Positions 1 through 9,396 of a stretch of DNA of 64,000 nucleotides are shown here, piece after piece. The translations under genes and the position numbers were made by a program. Below the pieces are notes generated by a model, which was not told the DNA's origin, searched no databases, and was given only the letters and a program-made list of their open reading frames with translations. Each line of letters begins with the position of its first letter. Positions within the stretch are counted from its first letter, which is position 1. The stretch spans positions 1 to 64,000 of the IMG/VR virus record IMGVR_UViG_3300037249_001000; one strand, written 5' to 3'. The stretch comes from a virus (lineage: Duplodnaviria; Caudoviricetes).

Positions 1-208
1 GAAGAAACTGAAAATCCTGATAAAAAAGAAAAAAATTCACATGTAGAGTCATCAAAAGAAGAAACTGAAAATCCTGATAAAAAAGAAGAAGAAACTGAAA
101 ATCCTGATAAAAAAGAAAAAATTCACATGTAGAGTCATCAAAAGAAGAAACTGAAAATCCTGATAAAAAAGAAAAAAATTCACATGTAGAGTCATCAAAA
201 GAAGAAAC
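1..208 (+). repeat. Coding tandem repeat (57-bp unit EETENPDKKEKNSHVESSK, plus a shorter partial unit)
   Basis: gaagaaactgaaaatcctgataaaaaagaa occurs four times and tcacatgtagagtcatcaaaa three times. Confidence 0.95.
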
Positions 209-1304
209 GAAAAAATATAATGGTCATGCTCATGATGAAATTGCTCCGTTACAAGGTGAATATAAAGCTAAAATTTATGGTAACGTCCATGAAATATCAT
301 CACCATTTATAGGGAATGAACTAACATCAGAAGAAAAAGAAATTGCAAAAAAACTTTATGATAAATCTAAAAATAAAACACTTACATATGGAGATGTAGA
401 TCAAATAGAAAAGTTATATAAGAAATATAGAGATAACACATCATCTTCTTTTCCTTATTCAAAAAACTTATCAACTTTATTAACGGATCCTGATTTTACA
501 CAGCACTTAACACATGAAGAGAAAATAAAATTAGAAGAAATTGATAATAGAGCTAAAAATAAAACAACAATTAGATCAGATAATACATATGTAAGAAATT
601 TATTTAATACAACATATAATAAATTGAGTAGTGACGCTAAAAAACGACGTCGTGAAAAAAATAAATCTGATAAGAAAACTAAATCAACAAAAACCAGTAA
701 AAATGAAACAGATCAATCCAAAGATTCTCAAGTAGAATCTGATAATAGTAAAAAAACTCAAGATGATATTTCTAATAAGAAAAATAAATGTGCCGATTTT
801 AAAAATCAACCGTCTGATGTTAAATCATTAGTAAAAGACGCACATATATTAATGTCGACAGTTAAAGATTTTGTAAAAACATATTTTAAAATTAGAATAA
901 AAAGCGGTGGATATGATTTTTATCTATTAGATGAAAAACAAGGTGAAGAAATTCTTCGCCACGTAGGTCTCTATGAACAGGGTTCATTTATTGGTCGATT
1001 AGATGCTGGTAATAAAAAATATGAAGCCGCTATCAATGATGTAATAAATTATAGTGAATATGTACTTAAATTTAAAGATAAATATAGTAGTAAAGAATTT
1101 TATAAAGCTAAAGGACAAGAATCAAAATATGATGATGATGATTATGAAAGTGAAGATGAGGATGTTGAAGAAGTATACGAAGAGATAGAAGAAAAGTTAA
1201 AAAAAGTAAAAAAACAATTACCTGCACTTAAAAACGTGATGTTTGAATCGTCAACAGAAAACTTAATTAATGATATTTTATTTATTTTTGAAAATTTTTT
1301 CTAA
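1..1304 (+). CDS. 5'-truncated virion/internal-head-like protein; the true ORF extends upstream of 624 and off the window, with a probable 1-nt homopolymer deletion near 120
   Basis: The frame of ORF 624..1304 is open back to nt 120. Frame 1 from nt 1 encodes the same EETENPDKKEKNSHVESSK repeat, and copy 2 has 6 A where the other copies have 7. The C-terminus FES-STENLINDILFIFENFF matches the tag on neighbouring head proteins. Confidence 0.7.
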
Positions 1305-1320
1305 AAGGTGAATAAATATT

Positions 1321-1625
1321 ATGTATAGAAATATATTTTTATTTGAAAAAATGGGATAAATTTATGACATAAAGCATATAAAATACGTTCAGGATTAATA
1401 GATGAAGATATTTCACAGAAAAAAAACATGATAATGCTGTTCAATGAGTATCTAAACCTGTATTTAATAAAGATGGATATGTAAGTCATGATTATCATGT
1501 TGAAGAACTTGTAGATAAATGAGACCTTATGGATTTAAAAACGAACATTTAATAAAAAGTGGAGCGATAAAGCTAAGAAACAAAAGAAAGCAGTTAAAGA
1601 AGAACTTCGTAAAACCATTGAATAA
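1321..1625 (+). pseudogene. Degraded or frameshifted small gene remnant
   Basis: RBS aaggtga and ATG at 1321 (MYRNIFLFEK...), then coding-like sequence broken by stops and frame changes up to the terminator at 1630. Confidence 0.4.
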
Positions 1626-1629
1626 TTAT

Positions 1630-1667
1630 AAAAATATACTGATCTTTTTTAAGATCGGTATATTTTT
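1630..1667 (+). terminator. Intrinsic terminator
   Basis: aaaatatactgatctt/aagatcggtatatttt inverted repeat followed by a T run. Confidence 0.8.
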
Positions 1668-1731
1668 AAGTTAATTATAAGATAAATGTTTGACAATTAA
1701 TTAAATACTTATAAGAAAGGAGAAATATATT

Positions 1732-2463
1732 GTGGCTATTTCTGAATATAAAAGATATTTAAATGATACATGGAATATATCTGGAGTAGTAACTACTACA
1801 ACTGATTGTTGTAATATTATTACAAATAATATTGACTGTATTGATAGATATTTACATTTTGTAAGAGTATTTTTTTCATCAATTCAATCAGTTTCCGGTA
1901 TACTTGGTGAAGGTAATAATATAAAAATTTTATATGACAAAGTTTCTAAATTAAGTTATACAAAAAATATTCCTATTAATATTACTTTTTCACCTTTATC
2001 TTTTTCAACATATATTGAATATATTACAGGAATGAATCAGTTCGTAAATGATATTATAAGTGCAGTAACTTCAAATGATACTGATATGATAGAGTTATTT
2101 ACTAAACAGATTGAGACTGCAAAAGAGAATGATCAAAAATTTATTAATGATATCATTATCAAAACTTCTAAAGAAGTAGAAATTACTGAATCATTAGATA
2201 TTCTAAATCAATTAGTTGATTTTAAAGATAATATTAAAACATTATTGAGTATAATTTGTTCACATGAAAATATTAATAAAGAATCAATAGATTGTAAATT
2301 AGTTTATGATGCTATTAAATTACTTACAAATTCAATTAATAATTATTGCTATAGAGTATTAAATACGTTTTTAGATAATTATGATTTAATTTGTAAAGAA
2401 GTTGAAAAAATAACAACTTTACGTAAACAAGAATTTGAAGATAAGCCGTTTGCTCTTTTCTAA
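1732..2463 (+). CDS. Hypothetical protein (late/virion cluster)
   Basis: 243-aa ORF with RBS aaggag; late-promoter variant GACA-N6-TA at 1692-1703. Confidence 0.75.
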   Translation: MAISEYKRYLNDTWNISGVVTTTTDCCNIITNNIDCIDRYLHFVRVFFSSIQSVSGILGEGNNIKILYDKVSKLSYTKNIPINITFSPLSFSTYIEYITGMNQFVNDIISAVTSNDTDMIELFTKQIETAKENDQKFINDIIIKTSKEVEITESLDILNQLVDFKDNIKTLLSIICSHENINKESIDCKLVYDAIKLLTNSINNYCYRVLNTFLDNYDLICKEVEKITTLRKQEFEDKPFALF

Positions 2464-2478
2464 TTATTGATATATAAA

Positions 2479-2490
2479 AACATAATATTA
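2479..2490 (+). promoter_or_regulatory. Late (nvRNAP-type) promoter AACA-N6-TA
   Basis: AACA TAATAT TA, 22 nt upstream of ATG 2513. Confidence 0.75.
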
Positions 2491-2512
2491 AACCTGAAAA
2501 GAGGAATACAGT

Positions 2513-3220
2513 ATGAACATACTATCTATTGATTATATTGAAAATAATATTGATGATATTGATAAAATTTTTAACGTTATTAATGAACAATATGAATTCG
2601 ATATAATGAAAATAAATAATGACTATTATTTAGAAAATTCATTGTCCAATATAAATAATATTTTTTTATTTGAAAATGTTAAAACTGAAACTGATAATGG
2701 TTTTAAAAAATATATACAAGGATTTTTTCAAGCTATAATTAATTTTATTGATAATATCATAAATTCCATTAAAGTACTCTTTATTAGTAAAAAAAATATT
2801 GATATTGATGATTATCTTAAATCTCATGATGGAAAACTACAACTTGACAAAGATGTAAATAAGTTAAAAAAAAGTATAGATGAAGATATCTCTAATGGTA
2901 ATAAGTTATTACAACGAATTACATCAAAACTTGGTGTTACACATAAAGAAGTTGATGATTTTATTAATAATTCTAAGAAAAAAATTGCATTAATTGGACC
3001 TATTGTTGTTGGTGGAGTAGCATCACATTTTTCATATAAAAAATTTATGAATGATCTTAATGATAATAAACAATCATTACAAAAATCACGAAATATTTTA
3101 AACAATGGGTTAGATTCTGATTCTGAAAGTATGGTAAGAAAAATTTTAAACCATCTATCTAGTTTAACACATTTATATGGTGATGAAATTATGAAGATAA
3201 TTAAAATAATTCAAAAATAA
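2513..3220 (+). CDS. Internal head protein-like (phiKZ internal-protein type)
   Basis: Acidic N-terminus with YLE/LFE sites, then the amphipathic helix FKKYIQGFFQAIINFIDNII shared with paralogs. Confidence 0.6.
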   Translation: MNILSIDYIENNIDDIDKIFNVINEQYEFDIMKINNDYYLENSLSNINNIFLFENVKTETDNGFKKYIQGFFQAIINFIDNIINSIKVLFISKKNIDIDDYLKSHDGKLQLDKDVNKLKKSIDEDISNGNKLLQRITSKLGVTHKEVDDFINNSKKKIALIGPIVVGGVASHFSYKKFMNDLNDNKQSLQKSRNILNNGLDSDSESMVRKILNHLSSLTHLYGDEIMKIIKIIQK

Positions 3221-3241
3221 TTTAAAGGAGGAAACTTTAAA

Positions 3242-4678
3242 ATGTCTACAATAAATTCATATATGAGTGAAATAGAAAAAGAATTGTATTTATTTGATAT
3301 GGATTGTAAAATCGAATCAAATAAAATTTCTTTAATGATCGAAGCTGTCGATAATAAACTTGAAACTAATTATTTATTAGCAGAAAAAAAAGTAATGCTT
3401 GAGAACGGTTCTTATGAAGATCTAACATACTACTACACTGAAGCAAATGAGGAAGCTAAAGGTGATAGAGAGGGCGTTTTTACAAGAATAAAGAATTTCT
3501 TTATTAAAATAAAAAATGGCATTGTCAACTTCTTTAAAAAAATTTTTGGTAAAGAAGATATGGAAGGTGATGCTCCACAAGAATTTGAAAAAGCATTTAG
3601 TATACTTGATAGTGTTAGAGGTTTCTTTAATCAGCAAGTTTCATTATTCAAATCAGGTCAATATGGAGCATTAGTAGTTACTTCTGTTGCTGCAGGATTT
3701 TCTATACTTGGTGAGATAAAAAGTATCGAAAGTACCCTCGAATGGACTGTAAAATCAGCAAAAAAACTTAAACATTACACAAAAGATGCTGTTACAAAAT
3801 GGAAAAAGAAAATTCATGATGGAATGCTAAAAATGTGTAAAGATTTAGAGGATATTATTAATAAAGCCGCTGCTGATGGGAATGTTCCTGCTCAATGGTG
3901 TCAAAAACTTATGGATCTTCTAAATCAAGCTAAAAGTAGAGCTATCAGTGTTTGGACTAATTTTACAGCATGGTTGACACACAAAAAAACAGATGATGAT
4001 AATGATGAACAAAAGAAATCAGAAAGTGGAAATAAGGCTAAAGGATTATTAGGAGACGGTTCTGATAATAAACCACAAGATGATAAACTCGCAAATAAAC
4101 AATCCAATGATAGTCAATTAGCTAATAAACCACAAGATGATAAACTCGCAAATAAACAATCCAATGATAGTCAATTAGCTAATAAACCACAAGATGATAA
4201 AAGTGAATCATCATCTCCCAAAGCGGTTAAAGCATTACCTGCACCAAAAAAATTACCAAAACTAAATGAAGGCGATTATTCGAGACTCAAGGATTTAGCA
4301 CAAATTGAACAAACTATATATAAGGGTTGTGGACCGATTATGCCATTTATTCCACAACGATATTCTGGAGAATTTAAAAAATTAAATAATATTAAGGATG
4401 AACCGAATAGGTCAAAAGCATTTATTGCATGGATAGATAGTATAACATCACACGATCACGAGATTTCACAATATGCAAACGATTTAATGAAAGACAATCA
4501 TAGTAAAGATGATCTGGGTACTCTCGATGCATGGATGACTAAATGGTTCGTTTGGTTAGGAGAAGGAAAACGAACATTGGAAAATGCTAAAAAATCTGCA
4601 CAAGATTATGGTCAAGTGAAGAAAGAATCAACTGATGACTTGATTTATGACCTTATAGATATATTTAAAGAGTTTTAA
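3242..4678 (+). CDS. Internal head protein-like
   Basis: YYTE|A then VFTRIKNFFIKIKNGIVNFFKKIF; C-terminal KES-TDDLIYDLIDIFKEF. Confidence 0.65.
   Translation: MSTINSYMSEIEKELYLFDMDCKIESNKISLMIEAVDNKLETNYLLAEKKVMLENGSYEDLTYYYTEANEEAKGDREGVFTRIKNFFIKIKNGIVNFFKKIFGKEDMEGDAPQEFEKAFSILDSVRGFFNQQVSLFKSGQYGALVVTSVAAGFSILGEIKSIESTLEWTVKSAKKLKHYTKDAVTKWKKKIHDGMLKMCKDLEDIINKAAADGNVPAQWCQKLMDLLNQAKSRAISVWTNFTAWLTHKKTDDDNDEQKKSESGNKAKGLLGDGSDNKPQDDKLANKQSNDSQLANKPQDDKLANKQSNDSQLANKPQDDKSESSSPKAVKALPAPKKLPKLNEGDYSRLKDLAQIEQTIYKGCGPIMPFIPQRYSGEFKKLNNIKDEPNRSKAFIAWIDSITSHDHEISQYANDLMKDNHSKDDLGTLDAWMTKWFVWLGEGKRTLENAKKSAQDYGQVKKESTDDLIYDLIDIFKEF
4067..4201 (+). repeat. 57-bp coding tandem repeat x2.4 (NKPQDDKLANKQSNDSQLA)
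   Basis: Exact unit starting at 4067 and 4124, partial copy at 4181. Confidence 0.95.
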
Positions 4679-4697
4679 ATAATAATTATATTATTGA

Positions 4698-4709
4698 AAC
4701 ATTTTTTTA
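4698..4709 (+). promoter_or_regulatory. Late promoter AACA-N6-TA
   Basis: AACA TTTTTT TA upstream of RBS aggag and ATG 4743. Confidence 0.7.
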
Positions 4710-4742
4710 ATTATAAATAATATGTTTAAAAGGAGAATAGAT

Positions 4743-5948
4743 ATGGATTTTTTTGAAACATATATGAATGATCTCAATAAAGCAACCGCAGAATATGAGA
4801 TTATGAATGATAAAATTATGTTATTTGAATCGACTGCGTACAGCGATCTTATTATTAAACAAAAACAATCTCAACTTGAATATACTGCATATGGTTATGT
4901 AACTGAATCTGATGATGATAAAGCTAAATTTTCAGATAAAGTAAAAGCAGCAATTACAAAGATTGTTGAAAATGTAAAGGAGTTTCTTGAAAAATGCCGA
5001 GATAAAATCGTTGAATTGTTTGAAAAGATGAGAGAGTCTAATCTTATCAAAAAAGTTAACGAGTTACTTAAAAGAGATCCTAGTGCTGGAAAAATTAAAG
5101 TTGAGGTAGAGGATAATACTGAAAAAAGACGTTTTCTTAGAAAATCCAAAAGTGATGCAGAAAAAGATTTAGCTAGAATTAAATCTGGAACAATCAAAGA
5201 AGATGATTTGGATAATATAGAAGATAGAAAAAATAAAACTGCCATTAAACTTGCTGCTACAGCTGCTGTAGTAACAATGACAGTTGCTGGAATTCTTCTT
5301 GCAATAAATCAGTTTAAAAATGATAGTGAAGATACAACATCTAAAAAAGCAATGAAATGTTTACCTGCACCTTCTTCGTTGCCTAATTTACCTAGTCCTC
5401 AGGATGAACATGTAATGATTTCAGCTACAGGTGAAGTTGCTGATTATATTACCGCAGATGCTAGACTTTCACTTCAAGATGGTAGTAATTATGTTAAAGC
5501 ATTAAAGACCGGTTTAGCTGGTTATTTACCTACAGGTGATCAAAATACTAAAGTTAATGCTAGTAAAGCATTTAATAGTAAACGTGATGACCGTATGGAT
5601 GACCTTTTAAGACAAGAAATGAACAGACGTAAACCAGTTAATACCGGTAAGGCATTAAAGGGTGGATATAAGGAAATAAGTGCAACTGTACCGATTCAAA
5701 TGGGTTCAGGTAATCCTTTACCTGCAACAAATACTATTCGTGCTCTTAGTGAATCATATGATTCAGAAAACTTTGATCCAGATGATTACTTCACAGAGCT
5801 TTGTAATGATGTATTTGGTACCGATGAACCTGATTATGATAGTTCCGATGATTACTTCACAGAGCTTTGTAATGATGTATTTGGTACCGATGATGGTAAT
5901 GATTTTGACAAGATGTATTCAGAGTTATGTGACGATATTTTTTTTTAA
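4743..5948 (+). CDS. Internal head protein-like with triplicated acidic C-terminal helix
   Basis: LFE|S and VTE|S sites, amphipathic helix, C-terminal DDYFTELCNDVFG twice plus DKMYSELCDDIFF; start moved to the ATG after the RBS. Confidence 0.65.
   Translation: MDFFETYMNDLNKATAEYEIMNDKIMLFESTAYSDLIIKQKQSQLEYTAYGYVTESDDDKAKFSDKVKAAITKIVENVKEFLEKCRDKIVELFEKMRESNLIKKVNELLKRDPSAGKIKVEVEDNTEKRRFLRKSKSDAEKDLARIKSGTIKEDDLDNIEDRKNKTAIKLAATAAVVTMTVAGILLAINQFKNDSEDTTSKKAMKCLPAPSSLPNLPSPQDEHVMISATGEVADYITADARLSLQDGSNYVKALKTGLAGYLPTGDQNTKVNASKAFNSKRDDRMDDLLRQEMNRRKPVNTGKALKGGYKEISATVPIQMGSGNPLPATNTIRALSESYDSENFDPDDYFTELCNDVFGTDEPDYDSSDDYFTELCNDVFGTDDGNDFDKMYSELCDDIFF
5781..5893 (+). repeat. 47-bp direct repeat (period 66) encoding DDYFTELCNDVFGTD
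   Basis: Identical copies at 5781-5827 and 5847-5893; a degenerate third copy follows. Confidence 0.95.
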
Positions 5949-5962
5949 ATAATGACGCTAAT

Positions 5963-7102
5963 ATGTATTATACTGAAGGAACAAATATAGATGTTGGTAA
6001 AAAATATCGTGCAGCTGTTAGATCAGCTCAAGGTAGTATTAAACGTATTAAAAAATTAATTAAAGAAAAAAAATATGATAATGCATTAGATGAAACAGAT
6101 AATGCTATTAAAAATATTCAAATTGTTCAGAAAGAGATTAAAATTTTAATCTCTAATCCTACTGTTTTAGATACAGTTTGTGGATGGATTTATAGAGGTG
6201 TAACCCAGATTGGTAAAGGTCTTGTATTAACAGCAGTTTCTTTTGGTGTTTTAGGATATGTATATGCATTTGTTGCTTCATGGAAAAATCTTATTTTAGC
6301 CATTACTACAGCATATACTCAATTACAAGAAAATGATTTTAATCATTCATTTTTAAATCTATATGTTAATCATGTTAACCATGTATTAAATGAAATACTT
6401 AAAACATTAGAAAAAATGCGTGAAAATATCAAAGAACTCCAAAAAAAAGATAAACTTACAAATATAAAAGAATCTGAATATGATTATGACAATTTTGATG
6501 ATATCTATATCGAGGGTTTTACTAAAGATGTTAGTAAAACATATAGAGATTCTTTCAATTTAGCTAATAATAAAATTAAAGAAGCTAAAAAGTTTATGAA
6601 GAGTGGAGAGTATATTGAAGCCCGTGTAAGTATTAAACAAGCTAGGAAAGCAGTAACTAGTGCTCAAGCTGAAATAAATGAAATGTCTAAAAATACGAAT
6701 TTACCTGATCATATATTTGGTATGATATATGGTTTATTAGTTTCATTTACTAAAGCATTGGTTTTTTCTATACCAACTTTTGGTGCAAGTTTTGCCGTTG
6801 CTGGTATTAAAAATTTATATACTTCATGTAATACATATTACGAAAAGATTAAAAATAAAGAAAAATTAGATGGATCGCCTAACAATACTTATCTTAATCA
6901 CGTAAATCATGTATTAAATGAAGTTATTAGAACTCTTGATAAAATTGAAGCTGAAATTCATAAAAAAGAAAATGATTCATCTACAAATACAAAAGAGAAG
7001 AAAAAAATCTTTAATAAAAAAGATAAAAATATGAATGAATCGGTGGATACTAAGGATCTTTTAGCGTCGGATCTTTTAAGTGATATGGATGATTTATTCT
7101 AA
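5963..7102 (+). CDS. Virion protein made of two tandem paralogous domains, each with a hydrophobic segment
   Basis: YYTE|G...YVNHVNHVLNEILKTL and IYIE|G...YLNHVNHVLNEVIRTL; C-terminal NES..DLLSDMDDLF. Confidence 0.65.
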   Translation: MYYTEGTNIDVGKKYRAAVRSAQGSIKRIKKLIKEKKYDNALDETDNAIKNIQIVQKEIKILISNPTVLDTVCGWIYRGVTQIGKGLVLTAVSFGVLGYVYAFVASWKNLILAITTAYTQLQENDFNHSFLNLYVNHVNHVLNEILKTLEKMRENIKELQKKDKLTNIKESEYDYDNFDDIYIEGFTKDVSKTYRDSFNLANNKIKEAKKFMKSGEYIEARVSIKQARKAVTSAQAEINEMSKNTNLPDHIFGMIYGLLVSFTKALVFSIPTFGASFAVAGIKNLYTSCNTYYEKIKNKEKLDGSPNNTYLNHVNHVLNEVIRTLDKIEAEIHKKENDSSTNTKEKKKIFNKKDKNMNESVDTKDLLASDLLSDMDDLF

Positions 7103-7107
7103 ATATT

Positions 7108-7144
7108 AAAATGATGGATGGATTATTTCATCCATCATTTTTTT
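7108..7144 (+). terminator. Intrinsic terminator
   Basis: aaaatgatggatg/catccatcatttt. Confidence 0.8.
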
Positions 7145-7167
7145 AAAACTATAAGGAGGTATAATTT

Positions 7168-8244
7168 ATGGATGAAATTTTACCAATTGGATATTATATG
7201 TACAATCTTTCGATAATTGAAGAATATATGAAAGAATGGATTGATATAGATGAATATTCATTACTGTTTGAATCAGAATCAGATCCAGTAGTTAAAGCTC
7301 AATCTAAAAACGATGAAGTATCATCAAAATCATCTAATATAGTAGTGAAATTAATTCAAAACGCTATTAAAATGATTAATTCCTTAATTGAATCCATAAC
7401 CAATTTTTTTGCTGAATTAGGATTAAAAGGTGACGAAAAAGAAGCATTTAATAATTTTCGTGAGCAAATAAAAAATGACCCTAAATTAAAAAATGTGAAA
7501 GTAACTGTTAAAGATTTTAGAAAAATAAATCAAGAGTATGACGCTATTTTAAAAAAAAGCGAACAAGAATTAAGAAAAGCGAAAGCTGATGAAACATACG
7601 ATTTATCAGGTATTATAAGAGAACTCAATAACGTTATAGATAAAAAAGTAGAACCTGCATCTCTTATAGTTACTAGTGAAGTTGCGTTAAAAATGGCAGA
7701 GTCTGATCAAAATACTGCTAGAGCTTTAAAAGTTACATTAGAACATGATAAATCATTTTTAGAAGCATTAGAAAAAGAATTTGGTCATGGTGAAGCTAAA
7801 CGATTTAAAAAACGTATAGACAATGCTGCTAAAATGACAACACTAACTAAATTAATGATTACGCTACGTGGAACTAGATGTAAAAATATTGAATCATGTC
7901 TTAAAACTACAACCACTGAATTACGTAGGGGTGGATTTATTAATCCATTTAGTAGAATAGGAAGAATGATGTGGAAAAATAAAGAAACCAGAGAAATAAA
8001 TAAAACTATTACTAAGAATACTCCAAGTTATGTTGCTGGTACTGTTAAAGGTAAAGTGATGGCTGCGGTTGATTCACATGGTGAACAAAGTGGTAAAAGA
8101 TATAAAAATAGAACTGAACGAATGATTGATAGAGAAAAACGAAATATGAAAAATACTAAAAAGTTTTGGTCAAATGAATCAATGAGTATAACATCAGATA
8201 TACGTGATGAAATATTATCAGTATCAGAAGAATTTGATGATTAA
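7168..8244 (+). CDS. Internal head protein-like
   Basis: LLFE|SES, amphipathic helix, DPKLKNVKVTV (compare DPSAGKIKVEV in 4743); C-terminal NES..DIRDEILSVSEEFDD. Confidence 0.6.
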   Translation: MDEILPIGYYMYNLSIIEEYMKEWIDIDEYSLLFESESDPVVKAQSKNDEVSSKSSNIVVKLIQNAIKMINSLIESITNFFAELGLKGDEKEAFNNFREQIKNDPKLKNVKVTVKDFRKINQEYDAILKKSEQELRKAKADETYDLSGIIRELNNVIDKKVEPASLIVTSEVALKMAESDQNTARALKVTLEHDKSFLEALEKEFGHGEAKRFKKRIDNAAKMTTLTKLMITLRGTRCKNIESCLKTTTTELRRGGFINPFSRIGRMMWKNKETREINKTITKNTPSYVAGTVKGKVMAAVDSHGEQSGKRYKNRTERMIDREKRNMKNTKKFWSNESMSITSDIRDEILSVSEEFDD

Positions 8245-8249
8245 ATAAT

Positions 8250-8283
8250 AAGACATTATAAGTATATATACTTATAATGTCTT
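8250..8283. terminator. Perfect 34-bp palindrome (terminator-like)
   Basis: aagacattataagtata|tatacttataatgtctt. Confidence 0.75.
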
Positions 8284-8298
8284 GATTTTATTACTGAA

Positions 8299-8310
8299 AA
8301 CATAGTAATA
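8299..8310 (+). promoter_or_regulatory. Late promoter AACA-N6-TA
   Basis: AACA TAGTAA TA upstream of 8347. Confidence 0.75.
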
Positions 8311-8346
8311 AATCAATAAAATAACTATATCGAAAGGAGATTAATT

Positions 8347-9381
8347 ATGATACGAATGAATTATATAAATGATGAATATACATTTGAATCCGATGAAATA
8401 TTGAGACCGTATAATTCATATATAAAAAGATGTTTAAATGATTTACAACCAGTTTATGCAGAATATGCGATGATATATAATAAAGTAGACCTCGAATTTA
8501 CCGTAATGGAATCTGTTTCAGATGATATGATGATACTTCTTGAAGCAGCTGAAAAAAGTTTACTTCAAAAAATCGGTGAAAAAATTTTAGAACTTCGAGA
8601 TAAATTTATAGAATTTGCTGATAAAGTTATAGATAAAATTAAAACATTTACGTTTAATAATAAATCTAATGCTCAAAAGTTAGAAAAATTATTAAAAGAG
8701 CATCCTGAATTAAAAGATGAAACGTTAATGGCTGTTAAAGACGGTACATTAAATCTTAATAATATTAAATCATTTAAAGAATTAAATGAAAATTACTCCG
8801 AAATAATAAAATTAGCTAAAAAAGGTGAAATAGATCCTAAAACGTTAAGAGGAAAATGGGAAAAAGTTAAAGAAAAATTTGAAGACAATGAGGATAAAAT
8901 AATAAAAGCTACAAAAGTTGTCACGGGCGTTATTGGAGCTGCAGTTGCACTTAAAACATTTTCTGTAAATTGTAGAGAAGCTGAAAAGCAAAATAATGAT
9001 CTTAAAGCTGAAGGAAGACGAACTGCACAGATGGCATATGATTGGTTAAACCATGCATCAAACTCACATACTAGAACTGATAATAGGACAAATCAAGAGA
9101 CTATTGTCACTAATCATAGATTTAATAAAAATGGTAACGTAGATAATCAATATTATGAATCAATAATAAATGGACAACTTTATATACAAGGTAAATTACA
9201 ACAAGCTATGGGTCAAAATTTAAATACTATCGAACGAATGAAATTGGCAATTGCTCGTTTTCTTGATAATCATGTTGTATCTGATGAAACGAAAAATAGA
9301 TATCATACAAACATGCGTATGAATATTACTGGTAGCTCCAATGTCAATCGTACTGTAAGACCAGTTAATAGAAATAGATAA
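8347..9381 (+). CDS. Internal head protein-like
   Basis: TFE|S, VME|S and LLE|A sites, then LLQKIGEKILELRDKFIEFADKVIDKI. Confidence 0.6.
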   Translation: MIRMNYINDEYTFESDEILRPYNSYIKRCLNDLQPVYAEYAMIYNKVDLEFTVMESVSDDMMILLEAAEKSLLQKIGEKILELRDKFIEFADKVIDKIKTFTFNNKSNAQKLEKLLKEHPELKDETLMAVKDGTLNLNNIKSFKELNENYSEIIKLAKKGEIDPKTLRGKWEKVKEKFEDNEDKIIKATKVVTGVIGAAVALKTFSVNCREAEKQNNDLKAEGRRTAQMAYDWLNHASNSHTRTDNRTNQETIVTNHRFNKNGNVDNQYYESIINGQLYIQGKLQQAMGQNLNTIERMKLAIARFLDNHVVSDETKNRYHTNMRMNITGSSNVNRTVRPVNRNR

Positions 9382-9396
9382 AGGAAGTGAATTTAT

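Noticed and set aside
1-5893. Direct repeats at 1-208, 4067-4201 and 5781-5893 as a CRISPR array or DGR template/variable repeat
   Set aside because: All are in-frame coding repeats without unique spacers or adenine-specific variation; no cas or reverse transcriptase gene is in the window
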